Assembly: GCA_004297625.1 (NCBI GenBank)
Contig: SCTY01000030.1
Location: 642 to 64,641, forward strand
Length of the DNA stretch: 64,000 nucleotides
Source of the DNA: Betaproteobacteria bacterium
GTDB lineage: Bacteria > Pseudomonadota > Gammaproteobacteria > Burkholderiales > SG8-39
Direction of reading: 5' to 3'
Shown piece after piece: positions 28,921 to 38,737 of the stretch. Each line of letters opens with the position of its first letter. Position 1 is the first letter of the stretch. Position numbers and translations under genes: made by a program. The notes below the pieces were generated by a model. The model was given only the letters and a program-made list of their open reading frames with translations, did no database searches and had not been told where the DNA came from.

Positions 28921-28986
28921 GGTCCGGCAAAATAACCAGCCGCATCGCATGCGTCGTCGAACGGCAGCGGTCCGTTGGGACTATTG
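28921..28986. repeat. duplicated 5' leader (copy B, upstream of the methyltransferase)
   Basis: See copy A. Confidence 0.5.
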
Positions 28987-29051
28987 CGCCGGCAGGACCA
29001 CCGAGCGCGGACGCGGCACGCCGCATGCTCGGGTTCTCACGGACCGTTCCC

Positions 29052-30269
29052 ATGCAGATGCACGCCCGGCTGCCGCGCCGCACGTACGAGGACGCCTGCG
29101 TTTTGCCTCTCGCGCAGGCGCTGACGTTCCTCGAGCGAGCGAAGCCGCGCTGCACCGTCTATGCATGCAGCCGCTCGCCGCACACGCTGCAGCTCTATGC
29201 CGGCCTGTACGCCTTGCACCACGCCGGGCGCATCCGCCTCGAGCAGCGCTTCGGTCCCGGGCCGCTGCGAAAGCGCCTGCGACAGCTTGCGCCGGACGAT
29301 CCGGTGTTTTCGACGAGCGCCAACGTCCTATTCGTGGACGCGGACGGCGCCGGGCTGGCCTGCATGGACGTCCGCGACAGCGCGGACTATTACCGGCAGG
29401 TTGTGGACGAGGTCGTCCTGTACGCGAAGCGCAGCTTCCGTGCCGGCGTGCATGGCCCCGACAACCTCGTGCCGCTCGGGCTCAACTATTCCGCCTGGCT
29501 CGACCGCGCCAGCGCTCCCGAGCTCGCCAAATCGCTGGCGCAGCTCGAGCTCTCGGCGGACGGCGCGAGGCGCCTCGTCGCTTCGCTCGCGCGGCTTTTT
29601 CCTTCGCTCGCCGACCGGCTGGGCGTGCCGACGGTGAGCTCGCTGTCCTGCCCGCCCGAGCGCGGCCTCGCGCCGCGCGCGCTGTTTCTCGCGCGCACCT
29701 GGGCACCCGGCGAGGACTGCCTCACCGAGCAGGACGTGCAAGGCCTCAACGACATGCGGGCCGCGTGCATCCGCATGCTGCGCGAGCATTTCGGCCCGCG
29801 CTTTTTCGGCGGCTTTGCGCGCACGGCGCACGCCTGCCGCCACTATCCCGATTGCGTCGTCGGCCCGGAGGTCAGCACCCGGCGCGCGGACTATCTGAGG
29901 CGCCTGCGCGCCTACCCGGTGTGCATCGCGACCACCGGGCTTTGGGAGTCGATCGGCTGGAAGTTCGGCGAATACGTCGCCTTCTCGCGCGCCATCGTCT
30001 CGGAGCGGCTCAATTTCGAGCTGCCGGGCGCGATCGCGCCGGGCGCGAACTACCTCGAGTTCACCACCCTCGCGGGATGCCTCGCCGCGGCCGAGCGGCT
30101 CCTGAGCGACGAGGCGCTGCGCGTGCGCATGATGGAGAACAACTGGCGCTACTACGGCGAGCACGGCACCCCCGCCGCCATCGTAGCGCGAGTGCTGCAC
30201 ACCGCGCTTCAGCGCGCACGCTCGCATCACAGCTTGACTCATGAGTATGAGTTATATAGTCTCCAATGA
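29052..30269 (+). CDS. uncharacterised protein with GT-B C-terminal-half-like region (full-length paralogue)
   Basis: Paralogue of 16017-17108. [25 protein letters not shown]...NYLEF resembles the C-terminal half of GT-B/CgeB-like proteins. AT-rich last 12 codons. Confidence 0.55.
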   Translation: MQMHARLPRRTYEDACVLPLAQALTFLERAKPRCTVYACSRSPHTLQLYAGLYALHHAGRIRLEQRFGPGPLRKRLRQLAPDDPVFSTSANVLFVDADGAGLACMDVRDSADYYRQVVDEVVLYAKRSFRAGVHGPDNLVPLGLNYSAWLDRASAPELAKSLAQLELSADGARRLVASLARLFPSLADRLGVPTVSSLSCPPERGLAPRALFLARTWAPGEDCLTEQDVQGLNDMRAACIRMLREHFGPRFFGGFARTAHACRHYPDCVVGPEVSTRRADYLRRLRAYPVCIATTGLWESIGWKFGEYVAFSRAIVSERLNFELPGAIAPGANYLEFTTLAGCLAAAERLLSDEALRVRMMENNWRYYGEHGTPAAIVARVLHTALQRARSHHSLTHEYELYSLQ

Positions 30270-30526
30270 TGAGCAAGCGGTTGCAGGTGCTGTTAGACGA
30301 ATCTGAGATGCGCGAGCTGCGCCGCCTGGCGCGCCGGTCGAACACCACGGTGGCCGAGTGGGTGCGCCGGGCGCTGCGTGCGGCGCGCCGCAGCGAGCCT
30401 TCGCGCGACGCGGACCGCAAGCTCGCGGCCGTACGGGCGGCGGCCAAGCACTCGTTTCCGACGGCAGACATCGACCGCATGCTCGCCGAGATCGAGCGGG
30501 GCTACGGCTCGGGCTCCGGCGCGTGA
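30266..30526 (+). CDS. vapB: VapB-type antitoxin (ribbon-helix-helix)
   Basis: [38 protein letters not shown] overlap upstream and GTGA overlap with the PIN gene. Confidence 0.7.
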   Translation: MMSKRLQVLLDESEMRELRRLARRSNTTVAEWVRRALRAARRSEPSRDADRKLAAVRAAAKHSFPTADIDRMLAEIERGYGSGSGA

Positions 30527-30918
30527 CCTTCGTCGATTCCAACGTGCCGATGTACCTCGTCGGCGCGGCGCATCCGAACAAGGTCGCCTCTCAGCGGCTT
30601 CTCGAGCGCGCCATCGCGGATGGCGAAAGGCTGGTTACGGACGCCGAGGTTCTCCAGGAGATCCTGCACCGCTATGTTGCGATCGCGAGGCGCGACGCGA
30701 TACAGCCGGCGTTCGACGCCTTGCTGAATGCGGTCGACGAAGTCTTCGCCATCGACCAGCGCGACGTAGAGCGGGCGAAGGATGTGCTTCAAGGCTCGCC
30801 CGGCCTGTCCGCGCGCGACGCGATCCACGTGGCTCTGATGGAGCGCAACGACGTCTCCCGCATTCTGACCTTCGACGCCGGCTTCGATCAGGTGCCCGGT
30901 ATCCAGCGGCTGGCCTAA
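30523..30918 (+). CDS. vapC: VapC-type PIN-domain toxin
   Basis: [36 protein letters not shown] acidic-residue pattern. Confidence 0.8.
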   Translation: MTFVDSNVPMYLVGAAHPNKVASQRLLERAIADGERLVTDAEVLQEILHRYVAIARRDAIQPAFDALLNAVDEVFAIDQRDVERAKDVLQGSPGLSARDAIHVALMERNDVSRILTFDAGFDQVPGIQRLA

Positions 30919-32132
30919 ACCGCATGGCGCTCGCGCGCTGCCCGGGCTGCCCATAGTGTTTCGTAAGCCGTCAGAAGCCTCGGCGCTTCGTAACGCCATT
31001 CGAGCTCGTTCTCGACGCGCTTTCGGCCATACGCGCCCATGAGCGCGCGCCGTGCCGGGTCGTCCAGCAGCTCGGCGATCTTCACTGCGAGGTCGAAGGC
31101 GTTGTTGCGGCGCGCATAGAGCGAGGCCGCCTGGGCCGAGAAGCGGCCCTCGGTCAGGTCGAACTGCACGATCGGCTTGCCGAGCGCCATGTACTCCATG
31201 ATCTTGTTCATGGTCGAGATGTCGTTCATCTCGTTGGCCACGTCCGGGTTGACGCACACGTCGGCGGTGTTCAGCACGGCGAGCATCTCGGCGTCGGGCA
31301 CGCGCCCGGTGAAGGTGACGTAATCGGCCACGCCGAGCCGCTTGGCGAGCGCCTTCATCTCGTCGAGCGAGGTGCCGCCGCCGACGAGCGCGAAGTGCAC
31401 GTCGGTGCGCCTGAGGTCGTGCACCAGGTGCGCCACCGCGCGCAGCAGGTAATCGATGCCTTCCTGCCGGCCCATGACCCCGACATAACCCACGAGGTAT
31501 TTCCTGCCCCGCTTAATCTTTTCATGGGGAGGAGTGATTTTCATCCGCTCCAGGCTGGGGCCGCTGCGCACCACGAACACGCGGCCGGGCGCCATGCCGC
31601 CGCGCTGCACGGCGATGCGGCGGTACGACTCGTTGGTCGCGATCGAAAGGTCGGCGGTACGGAACGTGAGCCTTTCCAGAAGGACCATCAACCGGTAAAG
31701 CCAATCCCGTTTTCCGAATTTGGCCTCGTACAGCTCGGGGTTGGCGTCGTGGTGGTCGAACACGAACTTCTTGCCGAAGAGCTTGAAGAAGCCGCCGATG
31801 AGGAAGAAAAGGTCCGGCGGGTTGCAGGCGTGGACGACGTCGAAGCCCCGCTTGAGAAGGACTTTCCAGGCAAGGAAGAAAGTGCAGGCAAGCGCAGCGC
31901 CGTACTCGAGCAGATAGCCGAGCGCGCCTTCGCCCTCGGTGGGCAGCCGGTAGCGCCAGACATGGATGCCGTCGATCACCTCGTAGTTCTTGTCGTAGCC
32001 CTTGCCGGTCGGGCAGATGATCGACACCGCGTAGCCGGCGTCGCGCAGCGCGCCCGCTTCCTGCCACACGCGCCGGTCGAAGGGGCTGGGCAGGTTCTCG
32101 ACGAGAATGAGGACGCGCCGCTGCCTTTCCAT
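30915..32132 (-). CDS. glycosyltransferase, GT-B fold (family 4-like)
   Basis: [22 protein letters not shown]-terminus; [15 protein letters not shown]-terminal motif. Confidence 0.8.
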   Translation of the reverse strand: MERQRRVLILVENLPSPFDRRVWQEAGALRDAGYAVSIICPTGKGYDKNYEVIDGIHVWRYRLPTEGEGALGYLLEYGAALACTFFLAWKVLLKRGFDVVHACNPPDLFFLIGGFFKLFGKKFVFDHHDANPELYEAKFGKRDWLYRLMVLLERLTFRTADLSIATNESYRRIAVQRGGMAPGRVFVVRSGPSLERMKITPPHEKIKRGRKYLVGYVGVMGRQEGIDYLLRAVAHLVHDLRRTDVHFALVGGGTSLDEMKALAKRLGVADYVTFTGRVPDAEMLAVLNTADVCVNPDVANEMNDISTMNKIMEYMALGKPIVQFDLTEGRFSAQAASLYARRNNAFDLAVKIAELLDDPARRALMGAYGRKRVENELEWRYEAPRLLTAYETLWAARAARERHAV

Positions 32133-32136
32133 CCGC

Positions 32137-32643
32137 TTACTTGTGCGCCGCCATGGTGGTGGCGCGCGAGATCTTCGCGAGCGAGGCCGGCACGCGCGCC
32201 CGCCCCGCGTAGTACGACACGCGGGAGAAGCCCACCTCGCGAAAGAGCTGCGCCGGCAAAAGCGCGCCGGCAACGAACCAGATGCCGCCGGGGACCAGCA
32301 CGCGGTGCACGCGCCCCGGATCCTTCAGCTCCTCGCTGAAGGCGACGTCGACGCTCTCCGTGGGGATCGCGGCCAGGCCGCCGGTGCGCAGCACCCTCAG
32401 GTTGGTCGGCGGCCGCACGCCGCGCGTGATGCCGTGCGGCGCGTCGACCGACCAGACGCGATCGACGTAGGTCGCTGCCCGCAGCGAAAGCTCGCAGTCG
32501 CGCGTGCCGAGCTCCAGGAACACCGTGCGCGGCGTAAAAAAACGCAGCAGGAACTCGAACCGGCGCGCGATTTCCGCGTCCCGCCGGGCGAAGAACTCGG
32601 GCGCGACCGGCGCCAGGCTACCAGCAGAGGCCTTCGTATACAC
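32137..32643 (-). CDS. methyltransferase-fold protein with degenerate SAM motif
   Basis: FLELGTRDCE sits in the motif I position. Start (GTG 32643) is uncertain; it overlaps the upstream gene's 3' end. Confidence 0.35.
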   Translation of the reverse strand: MYTKASAGSLAPVAPEFFARRDAEIARRFEFLLRFFTPRTVFLELGTRDCELSLRAATYVDRVWSVDAPHGITRGVRPPTNLRVLRTGGLAAIPTESVDVAFSEELKDPGRVHRVLVPGGIWFVAGALLPAQLFREVGFSRVSYYAGRARVPASLAKISRATTMAAHK

Positions 32644-33931
32644 CGAGGATGGTGCGCGAATCGCAAACGCGCACGAAGTCGAGGATCGTCTGGCCGTCGG
32701 CGACGCGCCGCGGCACCTCGGCGAACTCGGAAGAGGCGTTGCCGATGACGAGGGTCTGCGCATGCCCGAGCACCTCGTCGATCGTCGGCACCATCAGCCG
32801 CGAAATGTGCGGGATGCGGTTCAGGATGTAGTCGCGGTTCGCGCCGTGGATCGCGGCGAGGCTCACGTTGCGGTCGTAGATGCGCAGGTCGTAGCCCTTG
32901 CCGATGAGCCGCTCGGTCAGCTCCACCATCGGGCTCTCGCGCAGGTCGTCGGTGCCCGCCTTGAACGAGAAGCCGAGGATGCCGACCTTCTTGTTTCCCT
33001 TCTCGACCACCGCCTGCACGCCGCGCTCGATCTGGAGATGGTTTGACGGCAATATCGCCCCGAGAATCGGCAAACACAAATCCAAAGTCTTTGCCTTGTA
33101 AAGAAGCGCGCGCACATCCTTGGGCAGGCACGAGCCGCCGAAGGCGAAGCCCGGCTTGAGGTAATAGGGCGAGAGGTTGAGCTTCTGGTCCTGGCAGAAG
33201 ATGTCCATGACCTTGTGCGCGTCCACTTCCAGCGCCTTGCACACGTTGCCGATCTCGTTGGCGAAGCCGACCTTGAGCGCGTGCCAGGCGTTGTCGGCGT
33301 ACTTCACCATCTCGGCGGTCTCGATGTCGGTGCGCACGAGCGGCCCGGGCATCTTGGCGTAGACGGCGGCGAGGAGATCGCCGCTCGCGCGGTTCACTTC
33401 GCCGATCACGGTTTTCGGCGGATGGTAATAGTCGTGCACCGCCGTGCCTTCGCGCATGAACTCGGGATTGATGCACACGCCGAATTCCTCGCCCGCGCGC
33501 CGGCCGGAGAATTTCTCCAGCGTCGGGATCACCACTTCGCGCATCGTCCCCGGAAGCATAGTGCTGCGCATCACGATGACCGGCGCGCCATGGTGCGAGG
33601 CGAGCGTGCGGCCGATCTGCTCGCACACGCGGCGCACGTATCTGAGATCGATGCCGCCGTTCGGCTGGCTCGGCGTGCCGACGCACACCAGCACCATGTC
33701 GGTGTGGCGCACGGCGTCGGGCACCTGGGGGGTCGCGCGCAGCCGCCCGGCGGCGACCTGCTCGTTGATGATCTGGCCGATGTCCTTCTCGATGATCGGG
33801 GACTTGCCCGCGTTGATGAGGTCGACCTTGGTGCGCTCGGGGTCGACGCCGATGACTTCGTGGCCATCCCTGGCAAGGCAGCCCGCGGATACCGCGCCCA
33901 CGTATCCGAGGCCCAGCACGCTGATTTTCAT
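32618..33931 (-). CDS. nucleotide-sugar 6-dehydrogenase, GDP-mannose dehydrogenase (AlgD)-like
   Basis: MKISVLGLGYVGAVSAGCLARDGHEVIGVD...INAGKSPIIE closely parallels the AlgD N-terminus. GGSCLPKD catalytic Cys. 437 aa. Confidence 0.7.
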   Translation of the reverse strand: MKISVLGLGYVGAVSAGCLARDGHEVIGVDPERTKVDLINAGKSPIIEKDIGQIINEQVAAGRLRATPQVPDAVRHTDMVLVCVGTPSQPNGGIDLRYVRRVCEQIGRTLASHHGAPVIVMRSTMLPGTMREVVIPTLEKFSGRRAGEEFGVCINPEFMREGTAVHDYYHPPKTVIGEVNRASGDLLAAVYAKMPGPLVRTDIETAEMVKYADNAWHALKVGFANEIGNVCKALEVDAHKVMDIFCQDQKLNLSPYYLKPGFAFGGSCLPKDVRALLYKAKTLDLCLPILGAILPSNHLQIERGVQAVVEKGNKKVGILGFSFKAGTDDLRESPMVELTERLIGKGYDLRIYDRNVSLAAIHGANRDYILNRIPHISRLMVPTIDEVLGHAQTLVIGNASSEFAEVPRRVADGQTILDFVRVCDSRTILGVYEGLCW

Positions 33932-33987
33932 CGCTCAGAGGATGCGGGACGATCGTTGTGCGGCTTGCGGCCCGCGCGCGCCGCGCG

Positions 33988-35019
33988 TTAGTCCGGTGGG
34001 AGAGCGCCGATCGGAACGTTGCGCGCACCCGACGCCGCTGCGTCGCGCGCGACGGATCGGTAGATTTGCGCGAGGCGCGCGGCGATCGCCTCGAGCGAGA
34101 GCGCCTCCGCGTGCGCGCGGCCGTCGGAGCGGCGGCGCGCGCGCAGCACTTGCGCGAGCGCGGCGCCGAGCGCGGCGGGATCGCGGCTCACCACCGCGCA
34201 ATGCGAAACGCCGGTGAGCCGCTCGCGCACGTCGCCGACGTCGACCGAAACCACGGGCAGGTTGCAGGCCATCGCCTCCTGCACCACCGTCGGCGAGCCC
34301 TCGGTCCTGCTCGTCACGAGGAGCACGTCGGCGGCGTTCATGTAGAGCGGGATGTCGTCGGGCGCCACGTCGCCCTCGAGCACCACGAAGCGCAGGTCGC
34401 GCGCGTGGCGGCGCGCCTCGGCCACCGCGGCCGCGGCGAGCTGCGGGTCCTTGACCGCCGGATTGCGGCCGGCGTTGAACAGCACGATGCGCTCGTGCGC
34501 GCCGAAGCCCAGGCGCCGGCGCGCCGTGGCGCGGTCGCCGGGCACGAAGGTGCGCACATCCACTCCCGTGGGGATCACGGTGCAATCTCGGCGCTTCCAG
34601 ATCTTCGATTGAATCTCATGGCTTACGCAGACCACGGCGCGCGCGGCGAGCGCGGCGATCTGCGAGGCGGCCACGCCGAGCGCCGAGCGCAGCGTCGAAT
34701 AGCGGCTGTTGCGATTGATATCGGTGCCGCGGAAAGTGACCACCAGCGGCACGCGCCCGGCGGCGAGCGCCGCGGCAAGCGCATTGAACTTGCCGAACTG
34801 CGCGTGCACGACATCGGGACGGAAGCGCCGGACCGCGGCGCGCAGCCTGAATACCTGCGCCGCGACGCGCCACGGCAGGTAGCTCGCGTTGTCGAAGCCG
34901 AAGATTTCCACGGCGTGCCCCGCGGCGCGCAGCGCCTGCGCCTCGCGGCGCACGAAAGGCATCGGCGCCGAGGCGGGCGTGACGAAGAGAATACGCAGCG
35001 GAATCTCTTTCGATGTCAC
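33988..35019 (-). CDS. glycosyltransferase, GT-B fold (family 4-like)
   Basis: GTGA overlap with the upstream gene. SRTEGSPTVVQEAMACNLPVV motif. Confidence 0.75.
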   Translation of the reverse strand: MTSKEIPLRILFVTPASAPMPFVRREAQALRAAGHAVEIFGFDNASYLPWRVAAQVFRLRAAVRRFRPDVVHAQFGKFNALAAALAAGRVPLVVTFRGTDINRNSRYSTLRSALGVAASQIAALAARAVVCVSHEIQSKIWKRRDCTVIPTGVDVRTFVPGDRATARRRLGFGAHERIVLFNAGRNPAVKDPQLAAAAVAEARRHARDLRFVVLEGDVAPDDIPLYMNAADVLLVTSRTEGSPTVVQEAMACNLPVVSVDVGDVRERLTGVSHCAVVSRDPAALGAALAQVLRARRRSDGRAHAEALSLEAIAARLAQIYRSVARDAAASGARNVPIGALPPD

Positions 35020-36962
35020 GCGAAATTGGGGATCAAGATTTCGGTACGAAGCGCCGTGCGGCCGGCGAGCCGCGCCTGCCACACGATGGTCGTCGCCGCC
35101 TCGCGCGCATCGAAAGCGCGCGATACCCAGCCGAGAATCGGCGCCACGCAGCCGCGGTAGAGCTGGACCACGCAGCCGCTCGCCTGCGGCAGGCGCAGCA
35201 CGATCGCCCTGCCCTCCCGCACGATGCGCAAACAGCCGTTCTGGTTCTCCACGCTGCAGCGCTCGCTGCAGTGGAAGAGAAGCTCCACCTCGTGGTCCTC
35301 GTCCATTTCGAGCGTGTCCTCGATCACCAGCCGGCGCGCGCGCTTGTCCAGCTCGATGAGCCGGCGGTGCTTTACCGGATCCTCCAGGCGCAGGTAGCCG
35401 TCGTGCCAGCCCTCGAACGTGTCCTTCTCCGCCGAGGAAAGCCACAGGCTCGATTCGGCGCGCGCCTTCTTCAGCCACAGGAACGCGCCGCCGCTCACCG
35501 ACTGGTCGAGGCCGTCCACGCGCAGCGTGTTGTGGGCGAGGGTGCCGCGGAAGTACTCGCGCCAGCGGCTGCGGCCGTGCCAGGCGCAGGCGCCGGGATC
35601 GACGAGGAACTCGCGCCCGCCGGCGGAGAGCGTGAAGGAGAGCGCGTCGGCGTGCCCGTGCGCGGCGGCCGGCCCGGCGCCGAGCGGCCCCGCGTCGGCG
35701 ACGACGCGCACCTCGTTCGGCGTGTCGAAGTCGCAGCCGAGGACGAAGTAGCCGCCCTCGGGAAAGCTCTGGCGCGGCGGCAGGCGCGTTTTCTCGGCCT
35801 CGAGCTCGGCGAATGTCGCATCGGCCTGCGCGCCGAGCAGCCAGCGCGACTTGTCGTCGAGGCGCTTCGCCTTGAGCTTGAAGTCGCCGCGCCGGAAGAG
35901 CACCGCGCCGGTGGCGAGAGCCGAGCGCAACGGGCAGAAATCCTCCTCGGCCGAAAGCCGCGTCGCGCTGCTGTCGTCCGAGTCGCCGAGCATGGGCACG
36001 CGCCCGCCGGCGTCCATCGTCGAGGCGACGAAGTCGAGCATCGCCTCGACGCGCGACTCGTAGTGGGGCGAGAACCATTCGCCGTTCGCCTTCCCGGCGA
36101 GCAGGCAGAACACGAGCAGGTCGAGCACCCCCTGCTGGTAGCAGGCCGACTGGTCGCGGTGCACGCCGTCGGAGCTCACCTGCGCCAGCGCTTCGCGCTC
36201 GAGAATCGCCTTTCCGGCCGAGAGCCAGGCGCGCGCCTCGCTCCAATGCGGCCAGGTGAGGCCGGCGATGAACAATCCCGCGGCTTCGCCGATCAGCCGG
36301 TGGTTCGCCGCCGAGTGCAGCGACAGCCAGCCGCGAATGAAGCGCGCATGCTGGTACGCGAGGCGCATCCACAGCAGCCGCAGCTCGGCGTTGTCGCGCA
36401 GCAGGCCGCCGCCCGCCCCGCCGACGAGCTGCCAGGCAACCGACCAGTTGACCAGGCGCAGCGCGGCTTCGAGCGCGCTCGCCCAGTTCGCCCCGAGCCC
36501 CCGCGGGCAGGCGAAGAACCAGCTCTCCAGGTGCTCGCGCATCGCCTCGGTGTAGCGCTTGCGTCCGGTGAGCGCATAGGCCTGCGCCAGGGTGACGAAG
36601 TGCTGATGGCGGTTGAGATGCCACAGATAGCGGATGTCGCCGACCACGTCGGGGTCGGTGCAGTCGAGCGTCTTGCCGAAAGCGAGCGGCGCCTCGATGC
36701 CGGTTTTCGGATCGCGGTTCCAGCGCGGCGGCGAGCCGATGTCCACGCGCTGCAGGGCGAGCACGTCGATCCAGCCGTCCGCGATGCGGTCGGCCGCGAC
36801 GACGTAGCGCGCCGCATCCACGCGCGCGTCGGCGTGCACCCACGGCCGGGTGAGCCGGCCGAGGTCGGGCGAGGGTATCTCGCCCGCCCCGATGAGACGC
36901 GCGCGCTCCGCGCGCACCTGGAGCGCGCGCGCCGCGCGCCAGGCGAGCTCGGCCGGGGTCAT
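35016..36962 (-). CDS. heparinase II/III-like protein (alginate-lyase-type N-domain), no signal peptide
   Basis: RYLWHLNRHQHF, ALRLVNWSVAW, HSAANHRLIGEAAGL, AAHGHADALSF blocks. Start ATG 36962; a CTG/TTG start slightly upstream is possible. Confidence 0.65.
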   Translation of the reverse strand: MTPAELAWRAARALQVRAERARLIGAGEIPSPDLGRLTRPWVHADARVDAARYVVAADRIADGWIDVLALQRVDIGSPPRWNRDPKTGIEAPLAFGKTLDCTDPDVVGDIRYLWHLNRHQHFVTLAQAYALTGRKRYTEAMREHLESWFFACPRGLGANWASALEAALRLVNWSVAWQLVGGAGGGLLRDNAELRLLWMRLAYQHARFIRGWLSLHSAANHRLIGEAAGLFIAGLTWPHWSEARAWLSAGKAILEREALAQVSSDGVHRDQSACYQQGVLDLLVFCLLAGKANGEWFSPHYESRVEAMLDFVASTMDAGGRVPMLGDSDDSSATRLSAEEDFCPLRSALATGAVLFRRGDFKLKAKRLDDKSRWLLGAQADATFAELEAEKTRLPPRQSFPEGGYFVLGCDFDTPNEVRVVADAGPLGAGPAAAHGHADALSFTLSAGGREFLVDPGACAWHGRSRWREYFRGTLAHNTLRVDGLDQSVSGGAFLWLKKARAESSLWLSSAEKDTFEGWHDGYLRLEDPVKHRRLIELDKRARRLVIEDTLEMDEDHEVELLFHCSERCSVENQNGCLRIVREGRAIVLRLPQASGCVVQLYRGCVAPILGWVSRAFDAREAATTIVWQARLAGRTALRTEILIPNFA

Positions 36963-37000
36963 GCAGCGCAACCGGTTGAGAGCCAGCCGCAGGCGGTCCT

Positions 37001-38737
37001 TCAGCCCGGAGCGTACGCCCGGTGCCAGATTTCGATGTTCAGAAGCGTCCAAAGCAGGATCTCGTGATTCTTCTTTCCCTTGAGGTGATCGTCGAGCACG
37101 CGATCCAGCGCGGCGCCATCGTAGTACTGCCGTGTTACAGAAGATCCGCCCTGCAGGTGCTCGCGCGTGAATTCGCGCAAGTCGTTTCGCAACCAGGCGC
37201 CGGCGTCGAGGCGCCAGCCCGATTTCGGGCGGCGCTGCAGCTCGCGCGGGATGAGGCGCCGGGCCGCCTCGCGCAGGATCCACTTGGTCGTGAGCCCGCG
37301 CACGCGCGCCTGGTCGGGAAGCGCCGAGACATATTCGGCGAGCCGGTGGTCGAGGAACGGCATGCGCGCGTCGATGCCGGCGGCCGCGGCGGCGCGGTCG
37401 TTCCTCTCGAGGAGCTGATCCGGAAGCCAGCTCGTCTGGTCGGCGTACAGCGCGCGCCGCAGGCGGCTCGCAGCGTGCTGCTGAGCCGGTGCTTGCGGTC
37501 CTTTTTCCATTGCCTTTTCAACCGTAAAAAGCGTGTTCCGCCAGCCGTTCAGTCTCAGTGCCGCCGCCGCGGTATCGAAGCGCCCGGCGCTCACCAGCGG
37601 CGCAAGCAGCCGCGCCGGGAACGACTCGACCCCGCCGGACATCGCTTCGGCGAGGTACCTGCGGTAGCCGCCCAGCACCTCGTCGCAGCCGTCGCCGGTA
37701 AGCACGCTCTTCGCGCCGCGCGCCGCTTCGCAGGCGAGCCGGTACACGGCGAGATCGGACGGCCGCGACACCGGCGCGTCGCGGCTCGCCACCAGCTTCG
37801 CCAGGCTGGGGATGAGCTCGCGCGGCGCCACCACCACTTCGTGGTGCGCGGTGCCGAAATGCTTCGCGATCTGGGCCGCGGACGGCAGCTCGCTCGCCGC
37901 GTCGCCCTCGAAGCCGAGCGAGAACGTCTTGAGCTTGCCGCCTGCGCGGCTCATCAGCGCCGCGAGCACCGCCGAATCCAGCCCGCCCGAGAGAAACAGG
38001 CCGCCGGCCGCGCGCAGCTTCACCGCCTCTTCGAGGCAGGCGATGAAACCTGAAGTTAAATCGTTTTTTAGGGGTTCTCTTGTCGATGGATTGCCGTCGG
38101 GCGCCGTCCAGTAGCGAACTTCCCTGAGGCTGCCGAACTGCCAGGTGAGCGCGCTCGCCGGCGGCAGCTTGCGGATGCCCGCGAACAGCGTGCGCGGCCC
38201 GGGCACGTAACGATAGGCGAGGCAGTCCCAGACGGCGGAGAGGTCCACTTGCGCACTGATCCCGGCCTTCAGCAGCGCCTTCGGCTCGGAAGCGAAATAC
38301 AGCGCGCCGCGCTTCTCGTGCAAATAGAGCGGCTTCTCGCCGAAGCGATCGCGCGTGAGAAGCAGCCGCTCCTTGCGCGCGTCCCAGATCGCGAACGCGA
38401 AGGCGCCGCGCAGCTGCTTCGCCACGTCCTTGTCCCAGTGCTGGTAGGCGCGAAGCAGCAGCTCCTCGGGCGTGTCTGCCGCAAAACGGTAGCCGTGCTT
38501 TCCGAGCGCCGCGCGCAGCTCGGCGGCGTTCGCAACGCTGCCGTCGAGAACCAGCGCGATGCGCGCCGCCGGGTCGACGAGCGAGGCGCCGAGCGCGACC
38601 TGCTGGCGGCCGCCGTGGTGCAGGCAGGCGTAGAGCTCCTGCACGCCGCGGTGCGCGAGCGCCCCGGCCATCGCGCCGAGCGCGCCTTCGTCGCAGCTCT
38701 GGCGCGCGAGCGCTATCCAGCCCGCGATGCCGGCCAT
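37001..38737 (-). CDS. asparagine synthase-family amidotransferase with degenerate glutaminase domain
   Basis: PP-loop SGGLDSAVLAAL is intact. The N-terminus is MAGIAG (not MCGI) and other Ntn-glutaminase signatures are altered. Confidence 0.75.
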   Translation of the reverse strand: MAGIAGWIALARQSCDEGALGAMAGALAHRGVQELYACLHHGGRQQVALGASLVDPAARIALVLDGSVANAAELRAALGKHGYRFAADTPEELLLRAYQHWDKDVAKQLRGAFAFAIWDARKERLLLTRDRFGEKPLYLHEKRGALYFASEPKALLKAGISAQVDLSAVWDCLAYRYVPGPRTLFAGIRKLPPASALTWQFGSLREVRYWTAPDGNPSTREPLKNDLTSGFIACLEEAVKLRAAGGLFLSGGLDSAVLAALMSRAGGKLKTFSLGFEGDAASELPSAAQIAKHFGTAHHEVVVAPRELIPSLAKLVASRDAPVSRPSDLAVYRLACEAARGAKSVLTGDGCDEVLGGYRRYLAEAMSGGVESFPARLLAPLVSAGRFDTAAAALRLNGWRNTLFTVEKAMEKGPQAPAQQHAASRLRRALYADQTSWLPDQLLERNDRAAAAAGIDARMPFLDHRLAEYVSALPDQARVRGLTTKWILREAARRLIPRELQRRPKSGWRLDAGAWLRNDLREFTREHLQGGSSVTRQYYDGAALDRVLDDHLKGKKNHEILLWTLLNIEIWHRAYAPG

